Source: Mustelus asterias (Eukaryota). Taken from it: DNA of 64,000 bases. This document shows positions 30,758 through 46,766 of the stretch, in pieces (the stretch's first letter is position 1; every line of letters begins with the position of its first letter). The DNA lies in the NCBI RefSeq assembly GCF_964213995.1, contig NC_135805.1, positions 144,336,001 through 144,400,000 on the forward strand, read 5' to 3'. Position numbers and translations under genes: made by a program. The notes under the pieces were generated by a model that worked only from the letters and a program-made list of their open reading frames with translations, had not been told where the DNA came from and did no database searches.

Positions 30758-30804
30758 GTCTGGTTGTTTTGGGTGTATTGTTTTCAGTGCGTTGTGCAGT
30801 TTTA

Positions 30805-32232
<1,428 letters not shown>

Positions 32233-32537
32233 ATGTTGTAATGGGCCAGCCGGATGCCTCACCCGTGATGCGCTTGAAGATGTTTTTGACGAAGGACCTC
32301 ATGATGCTAATGGCCTTGGAGGAGATACCGGTGTCGGGGTGAACCTGCTTCATCACTTTGTAGATGTACAGACTGTAACTCTCCTTCCTGAATCTCCTCC
32401 TCTTCTTGCCACTGTTCGTTACCTGCTTCTTCTGGGCTTTTTTGGTGCCTTTCTTGGAAGCTTGGAGTTTCTCTTCTTCAGGCATAGTGCATGCAGACTA
32501 CAAACACAAAATGACTGAAATTTTAGCCGGAACTTCT

Positions 32538-32665
32538 CTTTTATAGACTGACCCAGACGACTATGCAAATGAAAGATGGATGAAAGACATGATCACCTTG
32601 GGCTAAGCAGCAATGATGTGATGTTTTCCACTTATTTGATTGGTTAGTTCAGATAACCAATCACA
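32538..32665 (-). promoter_or_regulatory. H2B promoter with octamer
   Basis: TATA (ctataaaag on minus) at about 32540, ATGCAAAT at 32563-32570, CCAAT boxes at about 32637-32662. Confidence 0.8.
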
Positions 32666-32914
32666 GTTACTGCTGGTCACATCGACAAATTCTCTCTGCC
32701 GTCACATCATCAACTCCCCTTGCCGCTTCCTTATTCAACGAATCGCTTACTTTCTCTTCAGCAACAGCAGCATATTCTCTCCTGGTAAAACCTCATCACC
32801 AACAATATACTGTTGATACAGTTTGTTCCTTTCCCTTCGTCACCAGTGCCAACCGTTCCTCATTTCTTCCTGTCATTTGGATGCAACAGTCCAGAATTTT
32901 TAAGGTCAAACTCA

Positions 32915-33615
32915 AAGGCTGGGTAGCACTGTTACCTTATTGTGCCAGGGACCCAGGTTCAATTCCAGCCTTGGGTAGCTGTGTGGAGTTTGCACGCTCT
33001 CTTTCGTATAAGCATGGTTTCCTCTGCATGCTCCAGTTTCGTCCCACACTCCAGAGTGCAGGTTAGGTTGATTGGCCATGCTAAATTGCCTCTTAATGTC
33101 GCAACATGTGTAGGTTTTGGGATTAGCTGGGTAAATATGTTATAGAGATAGGGGTCTGGGTAAAATGCTTTTTTCGGAGAGTGGCCGCAGACTCAATTGG
33201 CCGAATGTCCTGCTTCTGTACTGTTGGGATTATATGACGAAACTGTGGCTCATGTGCATATTGCGGACACGGATATCGGGTCAGTGATAAAAACCTGACT
33301 AGGAAAAAAAACTCTGCCATCTATCCAACCCTCGTGCATATATGTGGTATTATTTTGTATTAGACATTTTATGTTTCAATATTACCATCGATATTATTCC
33401 ATAATTTACAGCTTCAATATTAACTCTGTTTCTCCATAGGTTTCCTGTGGGTGCTCCATTTTCCTCCCATATTACAAATACGTGCAGCTTAGGTGGATTG
33501 GCCATGGTAAATTGTCCTTCACTATTAAAAGTTTGGCAAGTTAGGTGAATCAACCATGCTAAATGCAATGGGTAGAAGTGTATGTTTGGAATGCTCAGAG
33601 TGTCGGTGCAGACTC
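32915..33615 (+). mobile_element. Two degenerate tRNA-SINE copies or fragments
   Basis: SINE core motifs at 32915-33235 and 33430-33615. Confidence 0.65.
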
Positions 33616-33960
33616 TTTCTGATCTGCATTTTACTGTACATTTTATATTCTGGTAAATTTATGTGAGGACTCTCTGAAACTGTCACATTCTGATATATGT
33701 GTTACTCTCTACCTGTCCTCTTTTGATGTACTTTGTAGCTGTCCATTTCTGAGCTATTAATTTTGGTGTTACTCTGTATCATTTTAGATTTTTTTTAACT
33801 TTTACTCTTCACCTGTCTGCTTCTGATAATGTGAGTCTGGATTTGATTTTCTACTTGTTAGTTACTTCATTATAATTAGGTCATAATTTTGTAAGCATTT
33901 TATTTCATAATTGATTGAGTGTTTTCATAATATCTAACTCTGGAATGTGGATATGCCTAT

Positions 33961-34658
33961 TGTGCGTGAATAATCTGCAGAGTTTTAACTATTAATATGC
34001 TGAAAGATCTTCAATCAAGCAAACCCTATTTTTTGATTAAAGTTTTTTTTTCACTATGCTAGGTTTTGTTGTGCCCAAGTGGGCCTGGAACTTGTCAAAA
34101 CACACAAGATGTCAGATGTAACAGCATGTCCTTGGTAAAGAGGAGTTCTTTTCAGGCGTTTGGAGCCAGTGTCCCTTATCTGTGCATTGAAATGTAAATA
34201 AAATGCATTTAAGTACTGATAATACGAGGCCTGGAGTGTCCAATACCACTACTTTGGCTCAATTGTTTTGGCCTAATTGAACAATGTAATTGGAGTTCCT
34301 GATCAATTGATTTGCTGGTCACCAAGGAATATTTGAAGTTTTAACTCTGCTAACACAAAGAGCTTGTTCAGAAACGCAGTGAGAAGAACCCAGAGGCCAA
34401 ACTCACAAGTAGAGACAGCGTCTAGAAGAAGAGAACAAAGGACTGATTCCATGTGACAACAAAATCCTGGCATAATTGCAAGTGGAAATCAACCTGAAGT
34501 TAAATAAAGTAATACAGTGTGAGCATTTGGTTTATGCATTGCAAGTATTTACTGTTGTTTAAGTGGCTACAGAATAAAAGGAATTGTGTTTTAAGTATTT
34601 AAAGTCGACTTTGTGTCATTGTTTACTACAGAGGTTAAAAACACAGGTTTGTACATCA
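33961..34658 (+). mobile_element. Probable solo LTR (698 bp)
   Basis: TG...CA ends, 4-bp duplication ctat at 33957-33960 and 34659-34662, internal AATAAA; empty site in copy 1 at about 14070. Confidence 0.75.
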
Positions 34659-36699
34659 CTATTATTCACTGTCTTTCCCTGAATTATGAATGGGTGTTTT
34701 TCTTTCCCCCTGTCTAGTTCCTCGCATTGTAAAGTAGGTTCTACAACATACCTCTTACAGGAACACAATAAATTGCATAAGATTAGATCACATAGCCCAT
34801 CAATCCTGCCCCACCATTCAAAGTGATCATGAATAATGTTGAATTTCAAGCTGATTTTCCAAACTGTTGTCCCATATCCTTCAGCTTCTCAAGAGACTAA
34901 ATTTAGGGAACATAATCCATAATCTCTCATCATAGGGCACCCTGAACCCAGGTTACAATTTATTGAACCTTTGCTGAACAGTTTCAAACGTGAGTATTGT
35001 TAAACATAGTAACTTTTTCCTCAGATATTTTTATGGGTTTCTCGGTTTTAGAATTTATCATTCTGCAAGTGGGTGTAGTGGGTGGGGCTCACTTCCAGAA
35101 TAATGTTTTCCTTCTATATCAGACAGTCCGTGGTGCTCTGCATGTTGTTTTCCATTCTTGAGAGTAGAAATTATTTTGTTTGATGATTGATCTTAAGGAT
35201 TGTGAAATCAGGTGTTCGTTCTTTGATTTCTCCTTCCTGTGAATGCTGAATGATTTGCATTACTCTGCACACACCATTTTCACATTATATATGAAGTTGT
35301 GTATTTCATCCCTCTGCCTATTGCTCAGTATTTGTAATGTATGCAAAACTGGGATTAAATTAGTTTCTAACATTTTCTGGTACAACTTGTGAGACTGAGT
35401 TCCAGCAGAATCTGCCTGGAACAAATGTGAAGTTGAAGTTTATTGTGATTCAGTCAAAACCTTTCAGTTAGTCATTTTTTAGTGTCATTCAAACTGTGGC
35501 ATGTTATTTGACTGTGGAACAAGTTACTTGTCAATGGACTTTTAAAAATCTACTACAAATATTACTGTGGTAATAGCTCTGTGCATATTTTACTTGTAAT
35601 CTCAATGATGTGGGTTTATTGCATAGCTTGTCAGTTTCTTGAACATTCTGAGTGTGTGGGCATGTATCTGTCACTCCCTCAAAGCAAATATGAGTGTGAA
35701 TTAATTCAGTTCTCATCAAGGTCCACCTGATATTGAGTGTATAATTCATTTAAACACCCTGCAATTTTGATATTGGGTGTGAATGTGCCACTATCTGTCT
35801 TTCAGTGCCTGATATATTACATCATTTTTGGACCACCTTGTATTTGATTGAAGGGAAGATTCTGTATTCATGCATACTTTTTGTGAACAAGATTCTTCAG
35901 TTTCAGACAGTGTGAGTGTGGGAATTATGATATAGATTTCAGTCTTGGCAGTTTCTATAACTAAGGGCCGCATGCTCAATCTGTCAGCCTCTAGTAGAGT
36001 ATGTATATGTAGGAATCAATCTGTCATTGTTTTGGAAGCTATTGTCCTTATGTCTGTCTGAGGCAAAATGTGAATGACAGATTCATTTTGCTGCTATAAT
36101 TCTCTACTTATCTATTTAAGTGTAGTTTTCAATCTGTATCTGTTTTGTCATATGTAAGTGTGGGATATTCTGTGTCAGAACTTTATTTTTATCTCAGGCA
36201 TTGTGTTAAAATGTATTTGTTTCACAGCTTAACATATCAATATCTGTTTGTCATAATTTATAATATGGATTTGATGTAATATAGTAATAGATTAATCTCA
36301 CTAGCTATATTTGAGTTTTGGATTGGTACACATTTGAAACTATGTGAATATTAAAATATAGATGTGTCAATCAGATCCATTGTCTCACATGTAATTCCTG
36401 CAGCATGCAGTAAAGGAATTGTCATTTTTCTTTCCGTTTTATGTAATGTTCTGGATTTTTTATGTTGGACTGGTATGCAACATGTGGACTTGGCTAAATT
36501 CTTGTATTTCATTGCAATTTATATCTTTTTTTCCCATAATTTATACTTTGGTCCAGTAAAGAACTGCTATTTATTTTTTGAACAATATCACACAGGGTAT
36601 TTAAGTCTAGCGTTTTTAAATTATGTAATTGATTCTCCACCTCTCACCTGGGTTAGAGGGAAAGTTTGTAAAGTCGCCCAATGGTGCTCTATTTTACTC

Positions 36700-37275
36700 A
36701 ACCTGTCCTGGTCCCCCCATGACGACACAATAATTAATAAATCCCACCAATGCCTCTACTTTTTCAGAAGACAAAGGAAATTTGGCATGTCAGCTACAAC
36801 TCTCACCAGCTTTTACAGATGCACAATAGCTTGGTATGACTCCAGCTCTGCCCAAGACTGCAAGGAGCTACAAAAAGTTGTGAATGTAGTCCAATCATCA
36901 CGCAAACCAAACTCCCATCCATTGACTCTGTCTACACTTCCCGTTGTCTCGGCAAAGCAGCCAGCATAATTAAGGACTCCAAGCACCCCAGACATTCTCT
37001 CTTCCACTTTCTTCCTTCGGGATAAAGATACAAAAGTCTGAGGTCATGTACCAACCGACTCAAGAACAGCTTCTTCCCTGCTGCTGTCAGACTTTTGAAT
37101 GGACTTACCTTGCATTAAGTTGATCTTTCTCTACACCCTAGCTGTGACTATTACACGACATTCTGTACTCTCTCATTTCCTTCTCTATGAATGGTATGTT
37201 TTGTCTGTATAGCACGCAAGAAACAATACTTTTCACTGTATTTTAATACATGTGACAATAATAAATCAAATCAAA
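36700..37275 (+). mobile_element. Rex1/Babar-type LINE 3' fragment
   Basis: HQCLYFFRRQRKFGMSATTLTSFYRCTI; aataaatcaaatcaaa tail; same family at 59380-59945. Confidence 0.75.
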
Positions 37276-40200
37276 AAGTATTCTCTTACTGGGAATACTG
37301 TGGGACTGAATAATTAGTTTCTTTGTGACATTGGGCCTGATGATCTGGCAGTATCTCTGTGTACTTTGTGAGTGACACTTTATCTACATTGTGACGGAAT
37401 TAGCTCAGCACTTCAGGTGTTTAAGTTCTGTCTTTTAAAATTGATATTATTATGTACTTACCTCAATTACTGACTTCCGCAGACATCGGGCGTTTGCTCA
37501 AGTTTTTCTTGAATGTTTCAATCAACTACTATTTTAACGATTATTGTGACTTCAAATTAATTTATTAATTTCCAGCCTATACTTTTGTTACAACAAAGTT
37601 TCTATTCGAGAAACAAACAGAATTTTACATTCAAAACACATTTATGATAAAACTATTTTGCTTTTCTTATTTCACCTACTTCATTGCTGAAAATATTTAA
37701 TTAAATGCAGTAAAGTACAGAAAATATAGGACCACTGCAAAAGTTGGGAATCAAATTATGGTCAATGGTGTGGAAGGCATTGATTCTCACAGCTATCTGA
37801 CCATTGTACTTCATGCTATGCTACACCATCTGCATTTATAGAAATCCTTCACACCCTCAATCTTTAGAATTTTAATTTTGATGAATATAATAATTTGTGA
37901 ACACTTATATCTGACGGTACTAGTTTTCTGTTACTTCACTCCAAGGTAAAATGTTTCTGAATGTACATGTACCATGTTGTATGGCTCATTTTCAACCAGC
38001 AGTTAGCAACAACAGTCAACAATAAATTGGACTGTGCTGTCTGTGAACACAACACTGGAAAGCAACGGGCCTGATGATGCACTTGGAGCTGGTGAAGGTA
38101 GCCTTTGCCAAGAGGCAAATGCAGTCACCATCTTATTGTCCTCCACATATCACTTCACAATGGTTGATTTTCTGCAGTTTATTGTTTCTGCAACATAATA
38201 GTGACATTGGCTCTCAGTCACTGGGATTGATTCATTTATATTATACTGTCTCTATTTTCTGGAAAGGAAAAGTGACCATACTCCCTCGGTCTGGCCTTTG
38301 ATTCTCATTATACCATACATACACTGTGAACTGTTGTGTGACATTTCAGGAGAGAGAGGGAGAGAATATGTGTGTGTGTGTGTGTGTGGTGGGGGGTTGC
38401 AGTTTCTGCAGCTGTTGTTTTCTGGTTTGGGAGAATGTTTTCTCTTCTGCACTTCTTAAATGGGGCCAAGTGAATGTGACATTCCTCTGTTCCCCTCAGT
38501 TTCCTTTGTCTTACTGTGTATTTTGAATATTGTGTTTTTGTATGGGAATTTCACTCTGCACATTGTCAATTGCTTCTGTGCAACAATTTGATACATTTGA
38601 TATATGTGTCATTGACTGTGAGTTTTATTCTGAATTTTTCATTCTCTGTAACATGAATATGACTGATATTGAGTAAATAATGTGGCTAATTAGGAGTTAT
38701 GTAATTTAATTCACCGCATCTTTCTGAAATGTAAAATGTTCCTGGCATGCATGTGTGTGGGTTATTTAGCATTTTTAACTCTGTGGCACGTATTTGCAAT
38801 TGTATGTTCTCTCTGTGAATGCCAGGGTCACAAGTATGTCCGTTAATTTATCCTGTGTCCCTTGGGTAATGCTAAGTGAATGAGGATTTCCTCATTTCCT
38901 GTCAATCTCTGCTATGGCCTTTATTGTGAAACTCTGATATTTGAGTTCAAAGTTCACTTTGTACCTTTCAATTGACTTTCTGAGCATTCACCTTTCTCAC
39001 CAGTGACTCCCAGTTCACTTTACACAACACAGTTGTATGTACATGTTTATTTGTTATTTTAAAGTAGCTATTTATGTGTGCTTTTGGACGATGTTGATCC
39101 TTCTTATCTTGAGAAGCGAGCTATTCCTGTATTTATATTCATGTTGTGGAAAAAGTGATTTCATTCTGTATTGCTGTCTGCGTTATGGGTTTTGCATTGT
39201 GACTGCCTGTCTCTGTCATGACAATCTAGATTTGGTCTGTATCTGTCAGTCTCATCTGCTGTGTTTGTGGTGTAATTTTATTCTGTGTATTTTTCTCCTA
39301 ACAACATCACTATCAGTTTCCAGTGCAGATTTTTTACTAATTTTGTGTCGATTATTTTCTGCCATGAGAGCTTGTTCTCTCTTCTGTCTCATACCATGCT
39401 TACTTTGCTATCTAGCTCGCAGTCCCTTTGTTACATTTATTATTTTATTCTGTTCCTCTTGTTTTGTGGCAAGAAAGAGTGATTTTGCTTCATAGCTCTT
39501 GTTTTTGATCTTATCACACTGCATTTGATGGTTTTTGCAATGTCTGACTTTCCTAAAATACGTACCTATCAAAATTTTGTTGGCAGAATGGAATGCATTT
39601 GTTTGTCTATAACATTAAAACTTACATTTGTCCTAACACTTCATAAATTTGAATGTGAGTTCTGAACTGTTGTGGGAATTTTCATTTGTGTCAAATTGAT
39701 TCCTTTCTGTATTTATTACCTCCCATTTTCTGTTGTGCAAATTTGACTTTTGCACATTTCCTGTCAGTGTCTGTTAACTGAGGGCAGGTGTTTCATTGTC
39801 CCTGTGCATTTCTGGTTTTGAGTATTGGTTTTGTTTTGAAACAGCCTTGTTTGCACATGAGTGTTGTTTATTTTTGCTTTCTCTCTGTCAATTTCTGGCA
39901 TGTGAATTTGAACTTTATTCTGCATCTGTCAATAACTGTTATGTGATTTTGATTTAAGTAAGTAATTGTCAGTTTTATTTTTGTGTGGAGCTTGTGAATA
40001 TCAATGAATCACTAGCTTTCTCAGTGTCGGAATTGTGGGCATGTTTTTACATCCTTTAAATTAATTTGTATGAGTGCCAAGTTAATTCTGCATCTAAAAG
40101 TAAATGCAAGAGGTGTTCTGTGCCTTGGTGCACACGTGTCTTAAGCTTGAGCGTGTGTGCTCCATTAATATCTGTTAACTGTTTCTGGTGTGCAAACATT

Positions 40201-41612
40201 TGTTTTCAACTCAGTAGTAAATCTGTGAAATATCATGTTTCTCAGTAATCGTCAAATTATTTCATGGTGGTGTGGCTATATTCTGCACCTATAACATTTT
40301 GAATCAAATGTTTTTGTTTAACATTTCACACAAAGTTTGTTGGCATAAGAATGCCACTGACAGCTTCTGGTATGTAAGTGTGTGTGTTCCCAATTTAATT
40401 TGCACTAGAAGGTTTTCAATACGTCTTTTTTTATTATAGTCATTAATATCTGCACTATCTCGCTGTCTCTAATATGTGTGTATGGGTTTTACATTATAAC
40501 TGACTGTCTTTATTATGGGAGCCCAGTTTATTTACCATCAGATTATCTCTCATCTATGTGAGTGATGTTATTTTATTCTCTGTTCATGTCAAAATCTTTT
40601 GGGCAAGTTACAAAATAACATTTATTTTCTATTTGCTCTGATCTGGTGTTATGACCATTGGTGAGAATAGTGATCTGGCACATGGTGTGTTACTGAAAAT
40701 GAAACAATATCCATCTCAGTAGTTTGAGATCCTTGCAAATGAATTTAATGTGTTGCTTTATGAGATGACTGGGTATAATTCTTGGATTAATTCTGTACAT
40801 TTCAATCAGCTGCAGCACCTGGTATTTCATCGGCAGCTGAAGATCCACTTTTGTAATGTGATAGGTCCATCTTTCAATGTGATTTGAGGAAAGATCATTT
40901 CACCCGGATGGTGGTGAGAATCCGGAATGCACTACATCGGAGGGTAGTAGAGAGGGGAAAATGCAAACTTTAAATTGTACATCAATGAACACTTGAATGT
41001 CATAACAGTCAAGGTTATGGGCCAAGGGGTGGAAAGTTGGATTATTGCAGATTTAGTTTTGTTGGTCCGGACTCAATGGGCCAAAGTGCCACTTCTGTGC
41101 ATTCTGACTTTGTGATAATGGGACTTTGTACTGAGAGAGACTCACCTGCCATCACGGATACTGAGCAGGAGCGAATTGGGGAAAGTTATTCCACCTGTCC
41201 TTCAGTTTTTGAAAGTTGGATTGAACATATTGACCTAGAACTTGAGATCAATGAAATGCCGACTATTTCTGATGTCTATAACAGTGGAATGATGTTCTGA
41301 CTGTGCCTGTGCACTCCAGGAATAATATTACACCTACTAGCTGTTAGAAGGGGACAGGGGAACTTATTCTTCTCAGATGAATCTGAACCGTGGAAATTAT
41401 TTCTCCATATGTTCACCAAGGGGAAGGAAACATATATCTTGGAACTCAAGCTCAGACAATGTTAATGAAAGAAAGGCATTTTTTTCAATTGATAATCAGT
41501 AAGAAATATGTGTTCAAGAGATCATGACCAACAATAAACGTTTCTGATTCCACTTCCCCACACACAGCTTCTATCCATCCGCTATTTTTGGTGTTTTGAT
41601 CACACGAGACAA

Positions 41613-44600
41613 CATAGAACCATAGAAAATTACAGCTCAGAAACAGGCCTTTTGGCCCTTCTTGTCTGTGCCGAACCATTTTTTGCCGAGTCCCACTGAC
41701 CTGCACTTGGACCATATCTCTCCACACCCCTCTCATCCATGAACCCGTCCAAGTTTTTCTTAAATGCGAAAAGTGACCCCGCATTTACCACTTTATCCGG
41801 CAGCTCATTCCACACTCCCACCACTCTCTGCGTGAAGAAGCCCCCACTAATATTCCCTTTAAACTTTTCTCCTTTCACCCTTAACCCATGCCCTCGGGTT
41901 TTTTTCAACCCTAGCCTCAGCGGAAAAAGCCTGCTTGCATTCACTCTGTCTATACCCATCAAAATCTTATACACCTCTAACAAATCTCCCCTCAATCTTC
42001 TACGCTCCAGGGAATAAAGTCCCAACCTATTCAATCTCTCTCTGTAACTCAGCTTCTCAAGTCCCGGCAACATCCTTGTGAACCTTCTCTGCACTCTTTC
42101 AATCTTATTTACATCCTTCCTGTAACTAGGTGACCAAAACTGTACACAATACTCCAAATTCGGCCTCACCAATGCCTTATATAACCTTACCATAACACTC
42201 CAACTTTTATACTCGATACTCTGATTTATAAAGGCCAATGTACCAAAGGCAGTCTTTACGACCTATCCAACTGTGACGTCACCTTTAGGGAATTCTGTAC
42301 CTGTATTCCCAGATCGCTCTGTTCAACTGCACTCTTCAGAGTCCTACCATTTACCCTGTACGTTCTACTTTGGTTTGTCCTTCAAATGTGTAATATCTCA
42401 CACTTGTCTGCATTAAATTCCATTTGCCATTTTTCAGCCCATTTTGCTAGTTGGTCCAAATCCCTCTGCAAGCTTTGAAAACCTTCCTCACTGTCCACTA
42501 CACCTCCAATCTTGGTATCATCAGCAAACTTGCTGATCCAATTCACCACATTATCATCCAGATCATTGATATAGATGACAAACAACAATGGACCCAACAC
42601 CGATCCCTGCGGCACACCACTAGTCACAGGCCTCCACTCAGAGAAGCAATCCTCCACAACCACTCTCTGGCTTCTTCCATTCAGCCAGTGTCTAATCCAA
42701 TTTACTACCTCCCCATGTATACCTAGCGACTGAACCTTCCCAACGAACCTCCCATGAGGGACCTTGTCAAAGGCCTTGCTGAAATCCAGGTAGACAACAT
42801 CCACCGCCTTCCCTTCATCCACTTACCTGATAACCTCCTCGAAAAACTCTTAATGGATTGGTCAAACATGACCTACCACGCACAAAGCCATGTTGACTCT
42901 CCCTAATAAGTCCCTGTCTATCCAAATATTTGTAGATCCTATCCCTTATCACACCTTCCAATAACTTGCCCACCACCGACGTCAAACTTACTGGCCTATA
43001 ATTTCCCAGATTTCTTTTGGAACCTTTTTTAAACAACGGAACAACATGAGCCACCCTCCAATCACCCGGCACCTCCCCCGTGAATACTGACATTTTAAAT
43101 ATGTCTGCCAGGGCCCCTGCAAGTTCAACACTCGCTTCCCTCAAGGTCCGTGGGAATACCCTGTCTGGTCCTGGGGATTTATCCACTCTGATTTGCCTCA
43201 AGACAGCGAGCACCTCCTCCCCTTTAATCTGTAAAGGTTCCATGACCTCCCTACCTGTTTGCCCTATTTCCGTAGACTCCATGCCCGTTTCCTCAGTAAA
43301 TACGGATGCAAAAAAACCATTTAGTATCTCCCCCATCTCTTTTGGTTCCATACACAGTCTGGTCTTCAAGAGGACCAATTTTATCCCTCACTATCCTTTT
43401 GCTCCGAACATACCTATAGAAGCTCTTTAGATTTTCCTTCACTCTGTCTGCCAAAGCAACCTCATGTCTTCTTTTAGCCCTCCTGATTTCCCTCTTAAGT
43501 AGCTTCTTGCACTTTTTATACTCCTCGAGCATCTGATCTGTTCCTTGATGCCTGTACATTTCTTACAACTCTCTCTTCCTCTTAATCAGTGTTACAATCT
43601 CCCTCGAGAACCAAGGTTCCTTATTCCTATTTACTTTGCCTTTAATCCTGACAGGAACATACAAACTCTGCACTCTCAAAATTTCTCCTTTGAAGGCCTC
43701 CCACTTTCCATTTACATCCTTACCAGAGAACAGCCTGTGCCAATCCACACTTCCCAGATCCCTTCTCATTTCATCAAATTTGGTCTTTTTCCAGTTCAGA
43801 ACTTCAACCCGAGGACCAGATCTATCCTTATCCATGATCAGGTTGAAACTAATGGCATTATGATCACTGGATCCAAAGTGTTCCCTCACACTCACATCCA
43901 TCACCTGCCCTAACTCATTTCCCAATAGGAGATCCAATATCGCATCCTCTCTAGTTGGCACCTCTATATACTGATGTAGAAAATTCTCCTGAACACATTT
44001 TACATACTCTACCCCGTCTAAACCTTTAACAGTATGCGATTCCCAATCTATATGTGGAAAATTAAAATCCCCAACTATCACAACTTTGTGTTTCTTGCAG
44101 TTGTCAGCTGATTTGCTCCTCCAATTCTCGCTGACTATTGGGTGGTCTATAATACAACCCCATTAATGTGGTCATACCTTTCCTGTTTCTCAGCTCCACC
44201 CATAGGGCCTCTGTAGACAAGCTCCCTAATCTATCCTGCTTGAGTACCGCTGTAACATTTTCCCTGACCAACAATGCCATCTCCCCCAACCACCCCACCC
44301 CCCCCCCCCCCCCCCACCCCCGCCCCACCCCACCTTTTATCCCTCTGCCTCTATCCCGCCTGAAACATTGGAACCCTGGAACATTGAGCTGCCAGTCCTG
44401 CCCCTCCTGTAGCCAAGTTTCACTAATGGCTATAATGTCATATTTCCATGTGTCTATCCACGCCTTCAGCTCATCTGCCTTCCCCACAATACTCCTGGCA
44501 TTGAAATAGACACACCTCAAAAGATTATTTCCACCACACTTTACCCTTCCATTTGTGATTTTGCTTGAACTAACCTGTCTTTTTACCCCTGCTCCACTAT

Positions 44601-45594
44601 CTGCTGTGGCACTCTGGTTCCCATCCCCCTGCAAATCTGGTTTAAACGCTCCCCAATTACACTAACAAATCTCCCTGCAAGTATATTGGTCCCCTGGTAG
44701 TTTAGGTGTAACCTGTCTCTCTTGTACATGTTCCACCTGCCCCAGAAGAAGACCCAATGATCCAAGAATTGGAAACCCTGCCCCCTGCACCAGTTCCTCA
44801 GCCACATGTTCATCCGCCCAAGCATCCTACTCCTGCCCTCACTGGCATGTGGCTCAGGTAGCAATCCTGACATGACTACCCTCGGGGTCCTGCTTTTAAA
44901 CTTCCTTCCAAGCTCTCTATACTCACTCTTTAGGACCTCCTCATTCTTCCTTCCCACGTCATTTGTACCGATGTGTAACACGACATCTGGCTGATCACCT
45001 TCCCACTTTAGAACGTTGTGCACGCGATCAGAGACATCGCTGACTTTGGCACCTGGGAGGCAACAAACCATGTGGGAGTCTCTGTCCCGACCACAGAACC
45101 TCCTGTCCGTACCTCTGACCATTGAGTCCCCTATCACTACTGCTCTCCTCTTCTTCATCCCACCCTTTTACGCTGTAGAACCAGACTCAGTATCAGAGTT
45201 CCGGCTGTCGCAGCTTGTCCCAGGTAAAGCATTCTCCCACAACAGTGTCCAATTCAGTATACCTGTTGTGGAGGGGTATGGCCACAGAGGAACCCTGCTC
45301 TGCCTGTCCTTTCACATTGCCATTTCCTCTCCTTACAGTAACACAATTTCCTGTGCTCTGCTGCTTAGGTGTAACTATCTCCTGAAAGCTACTGTCTATA
45401 TACTTCTCATTCTCCCGAATTAGATGGAAGTCATCAAGCTTCTTCTCCTGTTCCCTAACACGCTTTGCTAGCAACTGCAGCTGGATGCATCTTTTGCAGG
45501 TGCTGTCGTCAGGGATACCGGAGGTCTCCCTAATCTCCCACATCCTGCAAGAGGAGCATTCCAACATCTTGTCTGACATCTCGAACCTATTCAC
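41613..45594 (-). mobile_element. Near full-length CR1 LINE (ORF1 Zn-finger plus SGNH esterase; ORF2 APE plus RT), frameshifted
   Basis: ORF1 CSSC...CKRC and VIGDSMVRG; ORF2 FNARS, GDFN, SDHN, PGPD, YLDFSKAFD, GVPQGSVLGP, FADD. Confidence 0.96.
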
Positions 45595-45640
45595 ACCAAT
45601 ACCACTCAGAGGATGTCACTACCCGAGGCTACAAGGAGAA

Positions 45641-45995
45641 TTAGAATCATAGAATCATAGAAACCCTACAGTACAGAAAGAGGCCATTGGGCCCATCGAG
45701 CCCGCACCGACCACAATCCCACGCAGTCCCTACCCCCATATCCCTCCATATTTTACCCGCTAATCCCTCTAATCTACACATCCCAGGACACTAAGGGGCA
45801 ATTTTAGCATAGCCAATCAACCTAACCCGCACATCTTTGGACTATGGGAGGAAACCGGAGCACCCGGAGGAAACCCACGCAGATACGAGGAGAATGTGCA
45901 AACTCCACACAGACAGTGACCCAAGCCGGGAATCGAACACAGGTTCCTGGAGCTGTGAAGCAGCAGTGCTAACCACTGTGCTACCGTGCCGCCCC
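45641..45995 (-). mobile_element. HE1-type SINE, full length
   Basis: tagaatcatagaatcatag tail through ccgtgccgccc head. Confidence 0.92.
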
Positions 45996-46620
45996 TCAGA
46001 TCTGGTTACAATTTCCCATTTCACTCACCATTTACTGAAACCAACAGCCGCTGCTAACACGTTTCTTTCTCGTTTCTCTGCTGGATGAGCTGGTGCCTCC
46101 GATCCGTGTCAGTTACAGGATTACTCCCATCCTCACTGTCCCGCCTGTTTCCACCATTCACTGGACAATGCCAACAAACAAGCGAAACAGGAGCTGAACC
46201 GTGATTATGCATCACAGGTTTGAGCAGAGAACATCGAGATCATTTTCACTAGCAGCTTATTCACCTTCTGGCTCCCTCAGCAGTGTCTCACACAGTCTCA
46301 GGGACGTCTCTCCCTTCCCCCGGCTCACTCCAATCCCGGAACAGGTTTCTGCTCCGCTCTGCCTCTTACAAACAGCTCCCGAATCTCCCTAAACTTTCCC
46401 CGAGTCAGTGAGGATCTCTGAGCTCCTCTGTGTCCACACTCACCAATGGATGTGCTGCTGGGATGTGAACGCTGCTTCCTCGCTGACCTGGGCGCTGACA
46501 TTTCCATTTCAGTCAATTTCAAACAAAGGATTTCCGCTCACTGAGGAAATGGGCGGGGCTAGGGGAGCGCAACTGAACAAGGCCCATATGTCCAGTTTCC
46601 GATTTGTAATATTTTGATTA

Positions 46621-46766
<146 letters not shown>

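Larger units (their letters stand above)
33620..46560 (-). repeat. Segmental duplication: AT-rich unit, copy 2
   Basis: Collinear with 13730-24720. Confidence 0.9.
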
